From positions 1-49,361 of the forward strand of contig JAHQXB010000042.1 in assembly GCA_029856435.1 (NCBI GenBank): a stretch of 49,361 nt of DNA, read 5' to 3'. The stretch comes from Candidatus Jordarchaeia archaeon (GTDB lineage Archaea; Asgardarchaeota; Jordiarchaeia; Jordiarchaeales; Jordiarchaeaceae). This document shows positions 19,478-29,214 of the stretch, in pieces. Numbering within the stretch: position 1 is the first letter of the stretch; each line of letters begins with the position of its first letter. Below the pieces are notes generated by a model. That model was not told the DNA's origin. It worked only from the letters and a program-made list of their open reading frames with translations, and did no database searches. The translations under genes were made by a program, and so were the position numbers.

Positions 19478-20005
19478 TTGGAAACAGTTCGAGACCTAGT
19501 CCTCCCTGCCAGACTCAGGGATAGACTTAAAGAGCCCTTCGGCATCCTTCTGAGAGGCAAGCATCCCCAAACATCACTTAAGGCTAAAGAGATAATACTG
19601 GAGAAAATGCCGCCCAAGCTGGTAGCTGTAGGAGACATAGTAACTAGAAATCTAATTGAGGTGGGGCTAGTTCCCGATATCTGTATAATTGACGGAAAAA
19701 CATTGAGGACAGTAAATGAGAATGTAAGCCTACCAAACAGTGTTCAGATGAAGATAAAGAATCCAGCGGCAATGATTAGTGCAGGAGTATGGAATATATT
19801 GAAAAAAGCCTATGATTCAAATGTCCCAATAGAAATATTCGTTGAAGGTGAAGAAGACCTGCTCACCATGCCAGCCATTCTTCTTGCACCGGACAAATCC
19901 TTAGTAATTTATGGCCAACCCAAAGAGGGACTGGTCATAGTCGAAGTGGACAATAATAAAAAAGAAGAAGTAAAAGATATCATAAGCCATATGGAGGCCA
20001 TCTAA
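19478..20005 (+). CDS. GTP-dependent dephospho-CoA kinase (DUF359)
   Basis: LR..LKEPFG, VGDIVT, IIDGKTLR, V.GEEDLL..P, YGQP.EG; conserved position in this operon. Confidence 0.85.
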   Translation: METVRDLVLPARLRDRLKEPFGILLRGKHPQTSLKAKEIILEKMPPKLVAVGDIVTRNLIEVGLVPDICIIDGKTLRTVNENVSLPNSVQMKIKNPAAMISAGVWNILKKAYDSNVPIEIFVEGEEDLLTMPAILLAPDKSLVIYGQPKEGLVIVEVDNNKKEEVKDIISHMEAI

Positions 20006-20355
20006 TGGAAATAAGTATAACTTCAAGAAAAGAAAATCCACTACTCGAACGTGAAGAAATAACATTCATAGTAGACCACGACTCACAAGGAACACCCTCA
20101 ATAGAGGAAGTGAGAAATAAGCTAGCAGCAATCCTAGCAGCTGACATACAAAAACTGTACATTAAAAATATTAAATCAGAGTACGGAATGACTCGATCAA
20201 AAGGAACAGCAAGATTATACAAAACCGTAGAGAGAGCCAAACAACTGGAACAAAAACACATAATAATGAGGAATCTAGGAGAAAAAGTAGTTAAAGAAAA
20301 AAAGAAAGAGGGACCAGCAAAACCAGCAAAACCAGCAAAACCAAAAACTAAGTAG
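20005..20355 (+). CDS. rps24e: 30S ribosomal protein S24e
   Basis: ENPLLER.EI, TPS..EVR, YG..RSKG.ARLY; C-terminal (PAK)3 repeat. Confidence 0.95.
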   Translation: MEISITSRKENPLLEREEITFIVDHDSQGTPSIEEVRNKLAAILAADIQKLYIKNIKSEYGMTRSKGTARLYKTVERAKQLEQKHIIMRNLGEKVVKEKKKEGPAKPAKPAKPKTK

Positions 20356-20386
20356 GAAGCGGAATAATTTCTTGGAGGTATTCTGA

Positions 20387-20575
20387 TTGAGTAAGTATTA
20401 TAAAATAAGTGGAAACAAGTTAGAGAAATTGAAAACTCCATGCCCAAGATGTGGGGATGGCTATTGGATGGCTGAGCATTACGATCGTTTTAGTTGTGGA
20501 AAATGTGGCTATACGGAGTTCAAAAAAAGAGAAAGCAAGGAGAACGAAAAGGAGAGTTCTAGTGGGGCTGGCTAG
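20387..20575 (+). CDS. rps27ae: 30S ribosomal protein S27ae
   Basis: CPRCGDG..MAEH.DR..CGKCGYT. Confidence 0.95.
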   Translation: MSKYYKISGNKLEKLKTPCPRCGDGYWMAEHYDRFSCGKCGYTEFKKRESKENEKESSSGAG

Positions 20576-20714
20576 CCATAGATTTTCGGTATATTTCTAA
20601 GTTCACAAATTTATATTTTATTATTCACTTTTTGGCGGGTAGTAAAGAATAGGACTTGAACACATTCCAATTTGATTTTTTTGAAGGCCGACTAACTCGC
20701 TTCTTGGTTGGGGA

Positions 20715-21772
<1,058 letters not shown>

Positions 21773-22396
21773 TTGCTGTACAAAAAGGGCGCCGAAGCAT
21801 ACTTGTACAAAGAGGAATGTTGCGGTAGAAAGGTGATTGTAAAGAGGAGAATACCTAAATCATACAGAGTGCCGCAACTTGACGAAAAACTGAGATACGA
21901 CCGTACCGTAAAGGAGGCCCGCCTACTTTCAGACGCAAGAAAAGCAGGTGTTCCAACTCCCATGATTTACTTCATAGATCTTGAAGAAGCTACGATTGTA
22001 ATGGATTTTATAGAGGGAGAGCAGGTTAAGACAATTATTCAAAACATGGAGGAACGGGAGAAAAAGGATCTTTTTACCCATATTGGAATGTTAATCGGCC
22101 GTCTACACAATGCAGGTATTATACATGGAGACCTCACTACCTCTAATATGCTCCTTAGCAACTCCAAAGTATACTTTATTGACTTCGGATTGGGTGATTA
22201 CTCCGTCGCTGTTGAGGATCAAGGAGTTGACCTCCACCTTATGCGCAGAGCACTCCAAAGCACCCATTATTCCTATGCAGAAGCCGGCTTCGCAGCGGTT
22301 CTTGAGGGCTACAAAAGAGCTACAAGTAAATCAGAGGAGGTTATTGAAAGACTATACGAAATTGAGAAGAGGGGAAGGTACCATAGAGAAAGATGA
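21773..22396 (+). CDS. bud32: KEOPS kinase Bud32
   Basis: KGAEA, VKRRIPKSYR..LD..LR..RT..EA, HGDLTTSN, IDFGL, EDQGVDL. Confidence 0.95.
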   Translation: MLYKKGAEAYLYKEECCGRKVIVKRRIPKSYRVPQLDEKLRYDRTVKEARLLSDARKAGVPTPMIYFIDLEEATIVMDFIEGEQVKTIIQNMEEREKKDLFTHIGMLIGRLHNAGIIHGDLTTSNMLLSNSKVYFIDFGLGDYSVAVEDQGVDLHLMRRALQSTHYSYAEAGFAAVLEGYKRATSKSEEVIERLYEIEKRGRYHRER

Positions 22397-22401
22397 AATA
22401 A

Positions 22402-23007
22402 ATGAGTGAAGGAAGTGGCAATGTGGATAGAAGGAAAACGGTATTTTTTGCAACAAGCAATATTGGTAAAGTTGAAGAAGCAGAAATAACACTGAAGGAG
22501 TATGGTATACTTCTTTTACATTTACCCATGAAACTCATAGAAATACAGTCAGACAACCTAGAGGAAATAGCAGTATTCAGTGCTCAAAAGGCATGGGAAA
22601 ACCAAGGAAAACCCTTATTTGTGGAAGACGCAGGCCTATTCATAAAGGAGCTGAATGGGTTTCCAGGGCCATACTCATCATACGTTTTCAAAACGATCTC
22701 CAATGAAGGAATATTAAAATTAATGTCAGATAAGAGGAATAGAGCAGCCTATTTTCAATCCGTAATAGCCTTCTGTAACGGTAAAAGTACAACAACCTTC
22801 AAAGGTGAAGTGAGGGGCAAAATAAGCAAAGAAATACGCGGGGGACATGGATTTGGGTTTGACCCAATATTTATCCCTGAGGAGGGAGACGGAAGAACCT
22901 TTGGGGAAATGGATATTTCTGAAAAAACGGCTATTTCCCACAGAACGAAAGCCTTAAAGAAATTTGCCGAGTGGATTAAATCACTAGATTATTCGAAATT
23001 TATTTAA
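22402..23007 (+). CDS. rdgB: Non-canonical purine NTP pyrophosphatase (RdgB/HAM1)
   Basis: ATSN.GK..E, VEDAGL, GFPGPYS, GFGFDPIF, ISHR.KAL. Confidence 0.95.
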   Translation: MSEGSGNVDRRKTVFFATSNIGKVEEAEITLKEYGILLLHLPMKLIEIQSDNLEEIAVFSAQKAWENQGKPLFVEDAGLFIKELNGFPGPYSSYVFKTISNEGILKLMSDKRNRAAYFQSVIAFCNGKSTTTFKGEVRGKISKEIRGGHGFGFDPIFIPEEGDGRTFGEMDISEKTAISHRTKALKKFAEWIKSLDYSKFI

Positions 23008-23054
23008 GGATGGTTACTATCTCTATCCCTACAAAAAAGAACAGAGGATTAATA

Positions 23055-23510
23055 ATGGCAAGAATGCACTCAAAGTCGAAGGGAAAGTCGGGGTCTACTA
23101 GGCCTCCCGTGCTAAAGCCACCAGAATGGTTTGACCGCACGCCTGAATGGGTAACAGACAAGATAATTGAACTTGGAAAAGCGGGACAACCACCATCAAT
23201 GATTGGATTAATTTTGAGAGACCAGTATGGAGTACCTCTAGTTAAAGCAATAATAGGCAAATCCATTACACAAGTATTGGCTGAGAACGGTTTAGCGCCT
23301 TCCATGCCTGAACCCTTAACCAATCTTATAAAAAAGGCAAACACCATAAGAAAACATTTGGAGGAGAACCCTAAAGATCTACATTCAAAAAGGGGATTAC
23401 AGGAAACCGAATCAAAAATTCACAGATTATCAAAGTATTACAAGAGGCGCAAAATTTTACCACCAGACTGGAGATACGAACCTGAAAGAGCAGCCACTCT
23501 AATAAGGTAA
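23055..23510 (+). CDS. rps15: 30S ribosomal protein S15/S13e
   Basis: MARMHSKSKGKSGS.RP, IGLILRDQYGVP, KDLHSKRGLQ.TESKIHRL.KYYK. Confidence 0.97.
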   Translation: MARMHSKSKGKSGSTRPPVLKPPEWFDRTPEWVTDKIIELGKAGQPPSMIGLILRDQYGVPLVKAIIGKSITQVLAENGLAPSMPEPLTNLIKKANTIRKHLEENPKDLHSKRGLQETESKIHRLSKYYKRRKILPPDWRYEPERAATLIR

Positions 23511-23514
23511 ACGA

Positions 23515-24993
23515 GTGTGGGATAAGAGGACTTTGAGTGAAAAACTTTCAAGACTATACGAACAATGCAAAAAAGTTTCTGAGAAGATACTAGAAGCTTG
23601 TGAAAAAGACTTATTCTTCCGCATAATATCTCACCTTGACGCAGACGGCATAGCCGCCGCCAGCATAACATCTTCCTTTCTTCTTAAACGCAAGGCACGC
23701 TTCCATCTCAGAATAGTTCAGCAATTGAGGGAAGAAAATCTCCGCGAAATCAAAGATTCCAAGGATAGCGTATTTATCTTTACCGATCTAGGCAGTGGCC
23801 AGATAGGAATTATCGAAAAAAACCTTCCACCGGATTCCGTTATAATAATAGACCATCATCCTCCAGAAAAAGAAACCACAATAATTCAGGCAAATCCCCA
23901 TCTAGCTGGCATTGATGGGGCCACAGAAATTAGTGGTTCAGGAGTCGCCTACCTAATAGCTAAAAGTATAGATGAGTCAAACATGAAATATGCGCCCCTC
24001 GCAGTTGTGGGTGCACTTGGAGACAGACAGGACAAGGGGGAACAACACCGATTATTCGGAGTTAATACCGAGATAGTAAAGGATGGAATAAATCAGGGTG
24101 TACTCGAGGAAACCACGGGAGTTCGTCTTTTTGGAAGAGAAACACGCCCCATAGCTATGGCCTTGGAGTACACCACGGACCCCTTCATACCTGGCCTATC
24201 TGGAAACCATGGAGCTTGCCTCAAATTCCTAACGGAGAAGGTAAAAATCCCCCTAAAAGATAACGGTAACTGGAGAACAATATCTGACCTTACCCAAGAA
24301 GAGAAAACAAAACTAGTATCCGAACTAATCCAATACATGCTGGGACCAGCAGAAATGACCCCTGAAGAAGCACAAAGCATAGTAGGCGTAATATACATCC
24401 TACCAAAGGAAGAGAAGCAAACCCCACTTAGAGACGCTAGAGAATACTCAGCTTTACTAAATGCGTGCGGACGCATGAGAAAACCGGGCCTAGGAGTAGC
24501 CATATGTTTAGGGGACAGATCGAAAGCACTGGAAGAGGTGGAAAGCATCACCTCAGATTACCGTGAAAAACTGGCAGGGTACATGGGTTGGCTCACAAAA
24601 CCGGGAAACGTAATACAGGAGGAACACCTCCAGTATTTTCACGGAGGCAACCTCATAGACGACAGGATAATAGGGACAATAGCCTCAATAGCCATTTCCT
24701 CAGGTATAATCCCGCAAGACAAACCAGTATTTGCCTTCGCAGAATCCTCAGACGGAATGGTGAAAGTCTCTGCCAGAGCCACCGATTACCAAGTGCAACA
24801 GGGAATAGACCTAGGATCTGCTCTAAGAGCCGCAGTGAAAGAACTAAGCCCAGAAGGCACAGCCGGCGGCCATAACATCGCGGCGGGAGCACACATAGCC
24901 GCAGGCACGGAGACTAAACTATTACAACTTTTGAATAAGATAATAGAAAAACAGCTGAGTGGAAAAAATGGTCCAAATAAAGGCAAGCATTAG
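23515..24993 (+). CDS. DHH/DHHA1 phosphoesterase, GAN/RecJ/Cdc45-like
   Basis: SHLDADG, TDLGSG, IIDHH, GALGD.QD, LLNACGR, GGHNIAAGA. Sits between rps15 and pcc1, as GAN does in Thermococcales. Confidence 0.88.
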   Translation: MWDKRTLSEKLSRLYEQCKKVSEKILEACEKDLFFRIISHLDADGIAAASITSSFLLKRKARFHLRIVQQLREENLREIKDSKDSVFIFTDLGSGQIGIIEKNLPPDSVIIIDHHPPEKETTIIQANPHLAGIDGATEISGSGVAYLIAKSIDESNMKYAPLAVVGALGDRQDKGEQHRLFGVNTEIVKDGINQGVLEETTGVRLFGRETRPIAMALEYTTDPFIPGLSGNHGACLKFLTEKVKIPLKDNGNWRTISDLTQEEKTKLVSELIQYMLGPAEMTPEEAQSIVGVIYILPKEEKQTPLRDAREYSALLNACGRMRKPGLGVAICLGDRSKALEEVESITSDYREKLAGYMGWLTKPGNVIQEEHLQYFHGGNLIDDRIIGTIASIAISSGIIPQDKPVFAFAESSDGMVKVSARATDYQVQQGIDLGSALRAAVKELSPEGTAGGHNIAAGAHIAAGTETKLLQLLNKIIEKQLSGKNGPNKGKH

Positions 24994-25219
24994 CATAGAA
25001 TGCCAGAATCAGAAACGGGCAGAAATTATCACCAAATCATTAACACCAGACAACAAGCCACTGCCGGAAAACATTTCGATTGATATGTCCTTTAAGGGTA
25101 GGAAGGTCAAAATAGTTGTGGAATGCATTTGTAAGATAGAAACTTTCATTTCCACATTAGATGATATACTTGCAAGTATATGCCTAACTGAAAGCCTAAT
25201 CTCTCTCTCCGAGAAGTGA
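24968..25219 (+). CDS. pcc1: KEOPS subunit Pcc1
   Basis: ~83 aa; A..I.KSL.PDN...and...STLDDIL pattern; operon context. Confidence 0.8.
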   Translation: MVQIKASISIECQNQKRAEIITKSLTPDNKPLPENISIDMSFKGRKVKIVVECICKIETFISTLDDILASICLTESLISLSEK

Positions 25220-25232
25220 GAATAGGGGATGG

Positions 25233-25373
25233 CTAGACTTTGGATTTTTTCTCTTTTGTCCATGTTTGCTGACATTTTAAACACTTATAAGTGTACTTAA
25301 AACCTCTAGGTATTGGTTGCTTCACCACCACATCCACTTCAGTTGAACCACACCTAATACATTTTTCAGACAT
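25233..25373 (-). CDS. 46-aa zinc-ribbon protein (not in the ORF track)
   Basis: MSEKCIRCGSTEVDVVVKQPIPRGFKYTYKCLKCQQTWTKEKKSKV; GAGGTG RBS upstream; CxxC...CxxC. Confidence 0.75.
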   Translation of the reverse strand: MSEKCIRCGSTEVDVVVKQPIPRGFKYTYKCLKCQQTWTKEKKSKV

Positions 25374-25429
25374 TTTCCCCACACACCTCACTTAAAAATC
25401 TTAAAACCTAGGAGACGAGTCCAAGTATT

Positions 25430-26089
25430 TTAGGAGACTGCTGACTCACCCCCCTCAACAATTTCAGTTCTCCTTTGTTCCATTGCCTCTTCCATTACTG
25501 CCCTTACTGTTTTGGACTTTGTTAACACTTTAGATTTCCTTATTTCGCACTTTCTTAGTGGGATTACTTTCTTTGCTTGGTTATAAATTTCTGAGGCAAT
25601 TTTTCCTAGGACAGCCTCCTGCACAAATTCACCAAAAGAGAGCTGCGAAGCTTTTGACGAGATAACATCGCGCATTATTTTTCGCACCAGTCTCTCTTGG
25701 CTTGTTTTAGCTCGATTCAGAGTAAAGGCTACAGCAGAAACTCGTAGAATTCTACCATCCTTAGTCTGTACGTCGAAAATTCCGTCAATTCTACTACTTC
25801 CTCTGCGCACCAAGCTTCTTAGATAATCCCTTGTTAAGTCATGACCTTTAAACTCAGTGTAAGCATTATTTCCTTTGACATCAATTATCTTAAAAAACAA
25901 CTTAACATGTATAAGAGAAAAATCACCCGTCACATCGTAAAGCGTAGTTTCAACAACTCGCCCAATCAATTTTTCAGGGGAATCTGAAATGGTTTCGCCT
26001 GCTTCAATGTTACCAAAATAGGGAGGGGCAATTATACTATACCATTGCTTATCGCGCCAAGTATCGTGTGCGCTGGTCTTTTTACTCAA
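25430..26089 (-). CDS. rps3ae: 30S ribosomal protein S3ae (eS1)
   Basis: DTWRDKQWY.I.AP.YFG, GRV.E.TLYD.TGD, GH.LTRDYLRSLVRR.SS.ID, PLRKCEIRKSKV. Confidence 0.97.
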   Translation of the reverse strand: MSKKTSAHDTWRDKQWYSIIAPPYFGNIEAGETISDSPEKLIGRVVETTLYDVTGDFSLIHVKLFFKIIDVKGNNAYTEFKGHDLTRDYLRSLVRRGSSRIDGIFDVQTKDGRILRVSAVAFTLNRAKTSQERLVRKIMRDVISSKASQLSFGEFVQEAVLGKIASEIYNQAKKVIPLRKCEIRKSKVLTKSKTVRAVMEEAMEQRRTEIVEGGESAVS

Positions 26090-26349
26090 ATTACCACTCT
26101 CAACATACTCATTGTATAATAAGCAGATTAAATTGTTTTGCTTTAAAACTTATCGCGTACATGATTGCTTTCAGATTTAAATTTTACCCGATGTTTCCCA
26201 AAAATATCTCATCTATCCTTCCCGGCCTGTTAGTGGTGCGGTTTCATGAGTTTTTGGAAACATAAAAATTACACATACTAGTTTACTGGCTTTTAGAAAT
26301 ATGTTATAATTATAAGTTTAGGGGTTAGCAGTTTTATTTTGTTAAAAAT

Positions 26350-26432
26350 TTTATGTTGACTCTTTTGTTGCGCCAATTTTTATGTTTTTTATGTCAACAT
26401 AAATGGAGCATAAAGACATATCCTTTTTATGT
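26350..26432. promoter_or_regulatory. Cluster of TTTATGT half-sites (candidate operator)
   Basis: TTTATGT at 26350, 26379, 26388 and 26426, reverse copy at 26397. Includes the palindrome TTTATGT-CA-ACATAAA (26388-26403). Confidence 0.4.
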
Positions 26433-26495
26433 AAAAGATTTTAATAAGACTAAATAAACATTTATACTAAAATTTTCGAAAAAGGAGGAAAAACT

Positions 26496-26744
26496 ATGAC
26501 ATCAACAGTCGTTATGGAAAAAGTTAAGGATAAAGAGGAAAATTATCACTTACCCCAGTCTGCAATACTAGTCATGGAGATTTTGAGAAAGGAAGGACCC
26601 CTCACTCCCAAAGCCATCTTTAAAAAAACAAACTTTGCACCCAGAACAGTGAGATACGCGCTAAAAACATTACTAGAAAATGGAATAGTGGACAAAGTTC
26701 CTAATCTTCTTGATCTAAGACAAAACAAGTACAGACTGGTTTAA
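26496..26744 (+). CDS. Small winged-HTH transcriptional regulator (MarR/ArsR-like)
   Basis: LRKEGPLT.K.I...T..APRTVRYALK.L.E.G.V..VPNL.D.RQ..Y. Confidence 0.8.
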   Translation: MTSTVVMEKVKDKEENYHLPQSAILVMEILRKEGPLTPKAIFKKTNFAPRTVRYALKTLLENGIVDKVPNLLDLRQNKYRLV

Positions 26745-27394
26745 AAACGAGAATCAAGCGAGTTTATAAATAGGAGCCGAAGAACCCTAGAGGATGACAG
26801 GTTCAATTTTATAATTTAAGGAAAAACCAAGGAGCAGAGGAGGTAAGTGTGAAAACTGAATTGTTTGGGGCCTAACGGAGCTTAGCTAGAGCTGCCCTCC
26901 CATTATTCTTTTGCTCTTACATTTTAATTCTTAAAGTTTATCATAGTCGTGTTTAAGAAGATGTTTAAAAAAGGAAAGGTGGTTGTAGAAAATCTTTCTA
27001 AAACCTTTTATGTATTGTTGGCAAATTTTAATCGCTTAGATAAATAGGGGGTACCTGTTAAATTATGTCTTAAATGGTTTGAATCAGCTTTCATATAGTA
27101 ATTTTCGTGAAAAAGGGTGTAAGAAGGTTCCAGTGCCTTTTTGCGATTTGAAAGAAGTTTAGAGGGTGAAGAGGATCCTAAAAATGGTTAAGCTTCAAAT
27201 AGTATAGAAATTTTATGAAGACTTCTTTTAAAAAGGGAAACAAGGGGATAGAGTGTAAACCACGTGCATGAACCGACTTAAAATCAGTCTAGAGGCATTT
27301 CTCTGGGTGCCTGCATGAGAAATTTTTGATATCTCAAAAAATTTTTAATTGCGGGAGTCTTAATATTAGGAGAACAAAGTTGTGGGGATTTGAA

Positions 27395-28432
27395 ATGGCT
27401 GAGAATCAATCTAGGGAATCTGAGGCCGAGACCACTGAGAAGGCAGAGCCGTCTAAGCCGAGAGCTAAAAGGCCGACGGGCAGTGTTTTTTCTGCGGGGT
27501 TTGAAGAATTTTCTGGGAAAATGTTACCCATAACGCTGATGATACTTGGTTTAGCAATCATATTTGGAGGTATAGCCTTCATAGTTTCGCGTGATTTTGT
27601 CCAGTACTGGTTTTTATTCAGGAATTCTCTCATAGTTGGTTTCATTCTGATTAAAGCTATGTCTTTACCCTTCTTAATTTCTAGTATTGCTGTTGCGTGC
27701 TTTGCGGGTGCAGGTATAATGCTAGTGATATATGGCTTGGCATTCTACCTTGCAGAGCAGCGTGAAATGTTACAAAGGTATTCTAAGATTTTGGGATTTC
27801 TTTTGGGATCAGTGTACCTGCTACTATTAGCCATAAGCGGGTTCCAATTAGGCATTGTTTGGCTATATGATCAAGCAACATTGCAAATAGCATACCTAGG
27901 CTTTTTGGTTGATTTGGGCACTGGATTCTGGCAGTACCTTCTGTTAATTGCTGCTATTCTACTTATAGTGTTGACTATTGTGAGTGGGGTCATACCAAAT
28001 ATTCCTGAAGAATTTAGAAAAATAGTGTTTCCCACAGCAACTGTTGCGGTGTGGCTGCTGGCTTTCGCCGATTGGACAAGAGCCACACTTGCGACCTCAC
28101 ATATTCCTCAATTTGCCTCCCTAACATTGCTTCCTTCATCTCTATTTATGGGCGAGCCGCTAATTGAAGGAGCCGCACTTCTAGCTTTGGGTTTGGGAAT
28201 GCTCTTAAAACTCACTATAGTAGATGAAAAGGAAAACATCCGGTTCGTGTTTACAGCTATGGCGGGTCTTGTATATGGTATTGCCTTGTTCCAGAGGATT
28301 TTACTTATCTGGTCTTTTGGTACAACGGTGTTCTGGACAGTTGCAATTGTTCTAGCAGTGGTCGCAGGTATACTCATAATTTTAAACGGTGTAATTTATT
28401 TCAGGGACTGTGCCGAAAAAATAAGTGCATAG
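27395..28432 (+). CDS. Multi-pass membrane protein, unknown function
   Basis: Charged N-terminal tail followed by about 9 hydrophobic segments; no family recognised. Confidence 0.75.
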   Translation: MAENQSRESEAETTEKAEPSKPRAKRPTGSVFSAGFEEFSGKMLPITLMILGLAIIFGGIAFIVSRDFVQYWFLFRNSLIVGFILIKAMSLPFLISSIAVACFAGAGIMLVIYGLAFYLAEQREMLQRYSKILGFLLGSVYLLLLAISGFQLGIVWLYDQATLQIAYLGFLVDLGTGFWQYLLLIAAILLIVLTIVSGVIPNIPEEFRKIVFPTATVAVWLLAFADWTRATLATSHIPQFASLTLLPSSLFMGEPLIEGAALLALGLGMLLKLTIVDEKENIRFVFTAMAGLVYGIALFQRILLIWSFGTTVFWTVAIVLAVVAGILIILNGVIYFRDCAEKISA

Positions 28433-28557
28433 TTCTCCCTATTTTTTTAATTTTTACAGTATATTGATTTAAATCTGTTGAAAAGTTATAAATGTGATTT
28501 TTAAGAGATAAAGAAGTAAGGCTTAGAGTTTCTGACGGCAGAAATTAAATTGGGCGC

Positions 28558-29172
28558 TTGGTGGTGAATCTGGATAAGAGAAGACAGGTGGCAAAAGAAG
28601 CTGCCCGTCTTATTTATTACGGATTGGCGGCTGAGTACTATGTTGCTAAGCGTGAGGCAGCCAAGTCTCTTGGCGTCAAAGTTCTACCCACCAATAAGGA
28701 AATCGCTGAAGAGTTAGACCAGCTATCTGAGATGTTAGAGGGACAATCGAGGGGTGAGCTTCTCAAGAGTATGCGGAGTGAAGCCTTGAGAATTATGAAG
28801 GTTCTTGAAGAGTTTAACCCTATCCTTGTGGGCTCAGTTTGGAGGGGGACAGCGCATAGGGGCAGCGATATTGATATTAGGGTGTATAGTGATGAGGAAA
28901 AGGAGGTAATAGAAGCAATAAATAAGAGTGGGTATAATATAGTCAGGCAGGAAAGAAGCGTAAAAACCATTGATTCCACTAAAAAAACATATCTACACGT
29001 TTTCCTCAAAACGCCACAAGGCTATGAAGCCGAAATTATAATACGCCCCTTAGAAGATATCAATCTTAAAGAAAAATGTGAAATATTTGGAGATGATTTA
29101 AAGGGATTAAAACTAAAAGCATTGGAAGAAATAATTAGAGATGACCCTTTAAAAAAATTTATCCCTTATTAA
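28558..29172 (+). CDS. Pol-beta-superfamily nucleotidyltransferase-domain protein
   Basis: LVGSVWRG.....SDIDI (GS...DxD) motif with an N-terminal helical region. Confidence 0.8.
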   Translation: MVVNLDKRRQVAKEAARLIYYGLAAEYYVAKREAAKSLGVKVLPTNKEIAEELDQLSEMLEGQSRGELLKSMRSEALRIMKVLEEFNPILVGSVWRGTAHRGSDIDIRVYSDEEKEVIEAINKSGYNIVRQERSVKTIDSTKKTYLHVFLKTPQGYEAEIIIRPLEDINLKEKCEIFGDDLKGLKLKALEEIIRDDPLKKFIPY

Positions 29173-29214
29173 TAAGAATTCACGTTTTACACTAATGTTT
29201 TGGGAGGATTCTAG

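Noticed and set aside
26961-27047. Short ORF MFKKGKVVVENLSKTF... resembling an ABC ATPase N-terminus
   Set aside because: Only 28 aa, with no Walker A continuation in any downstream frame.
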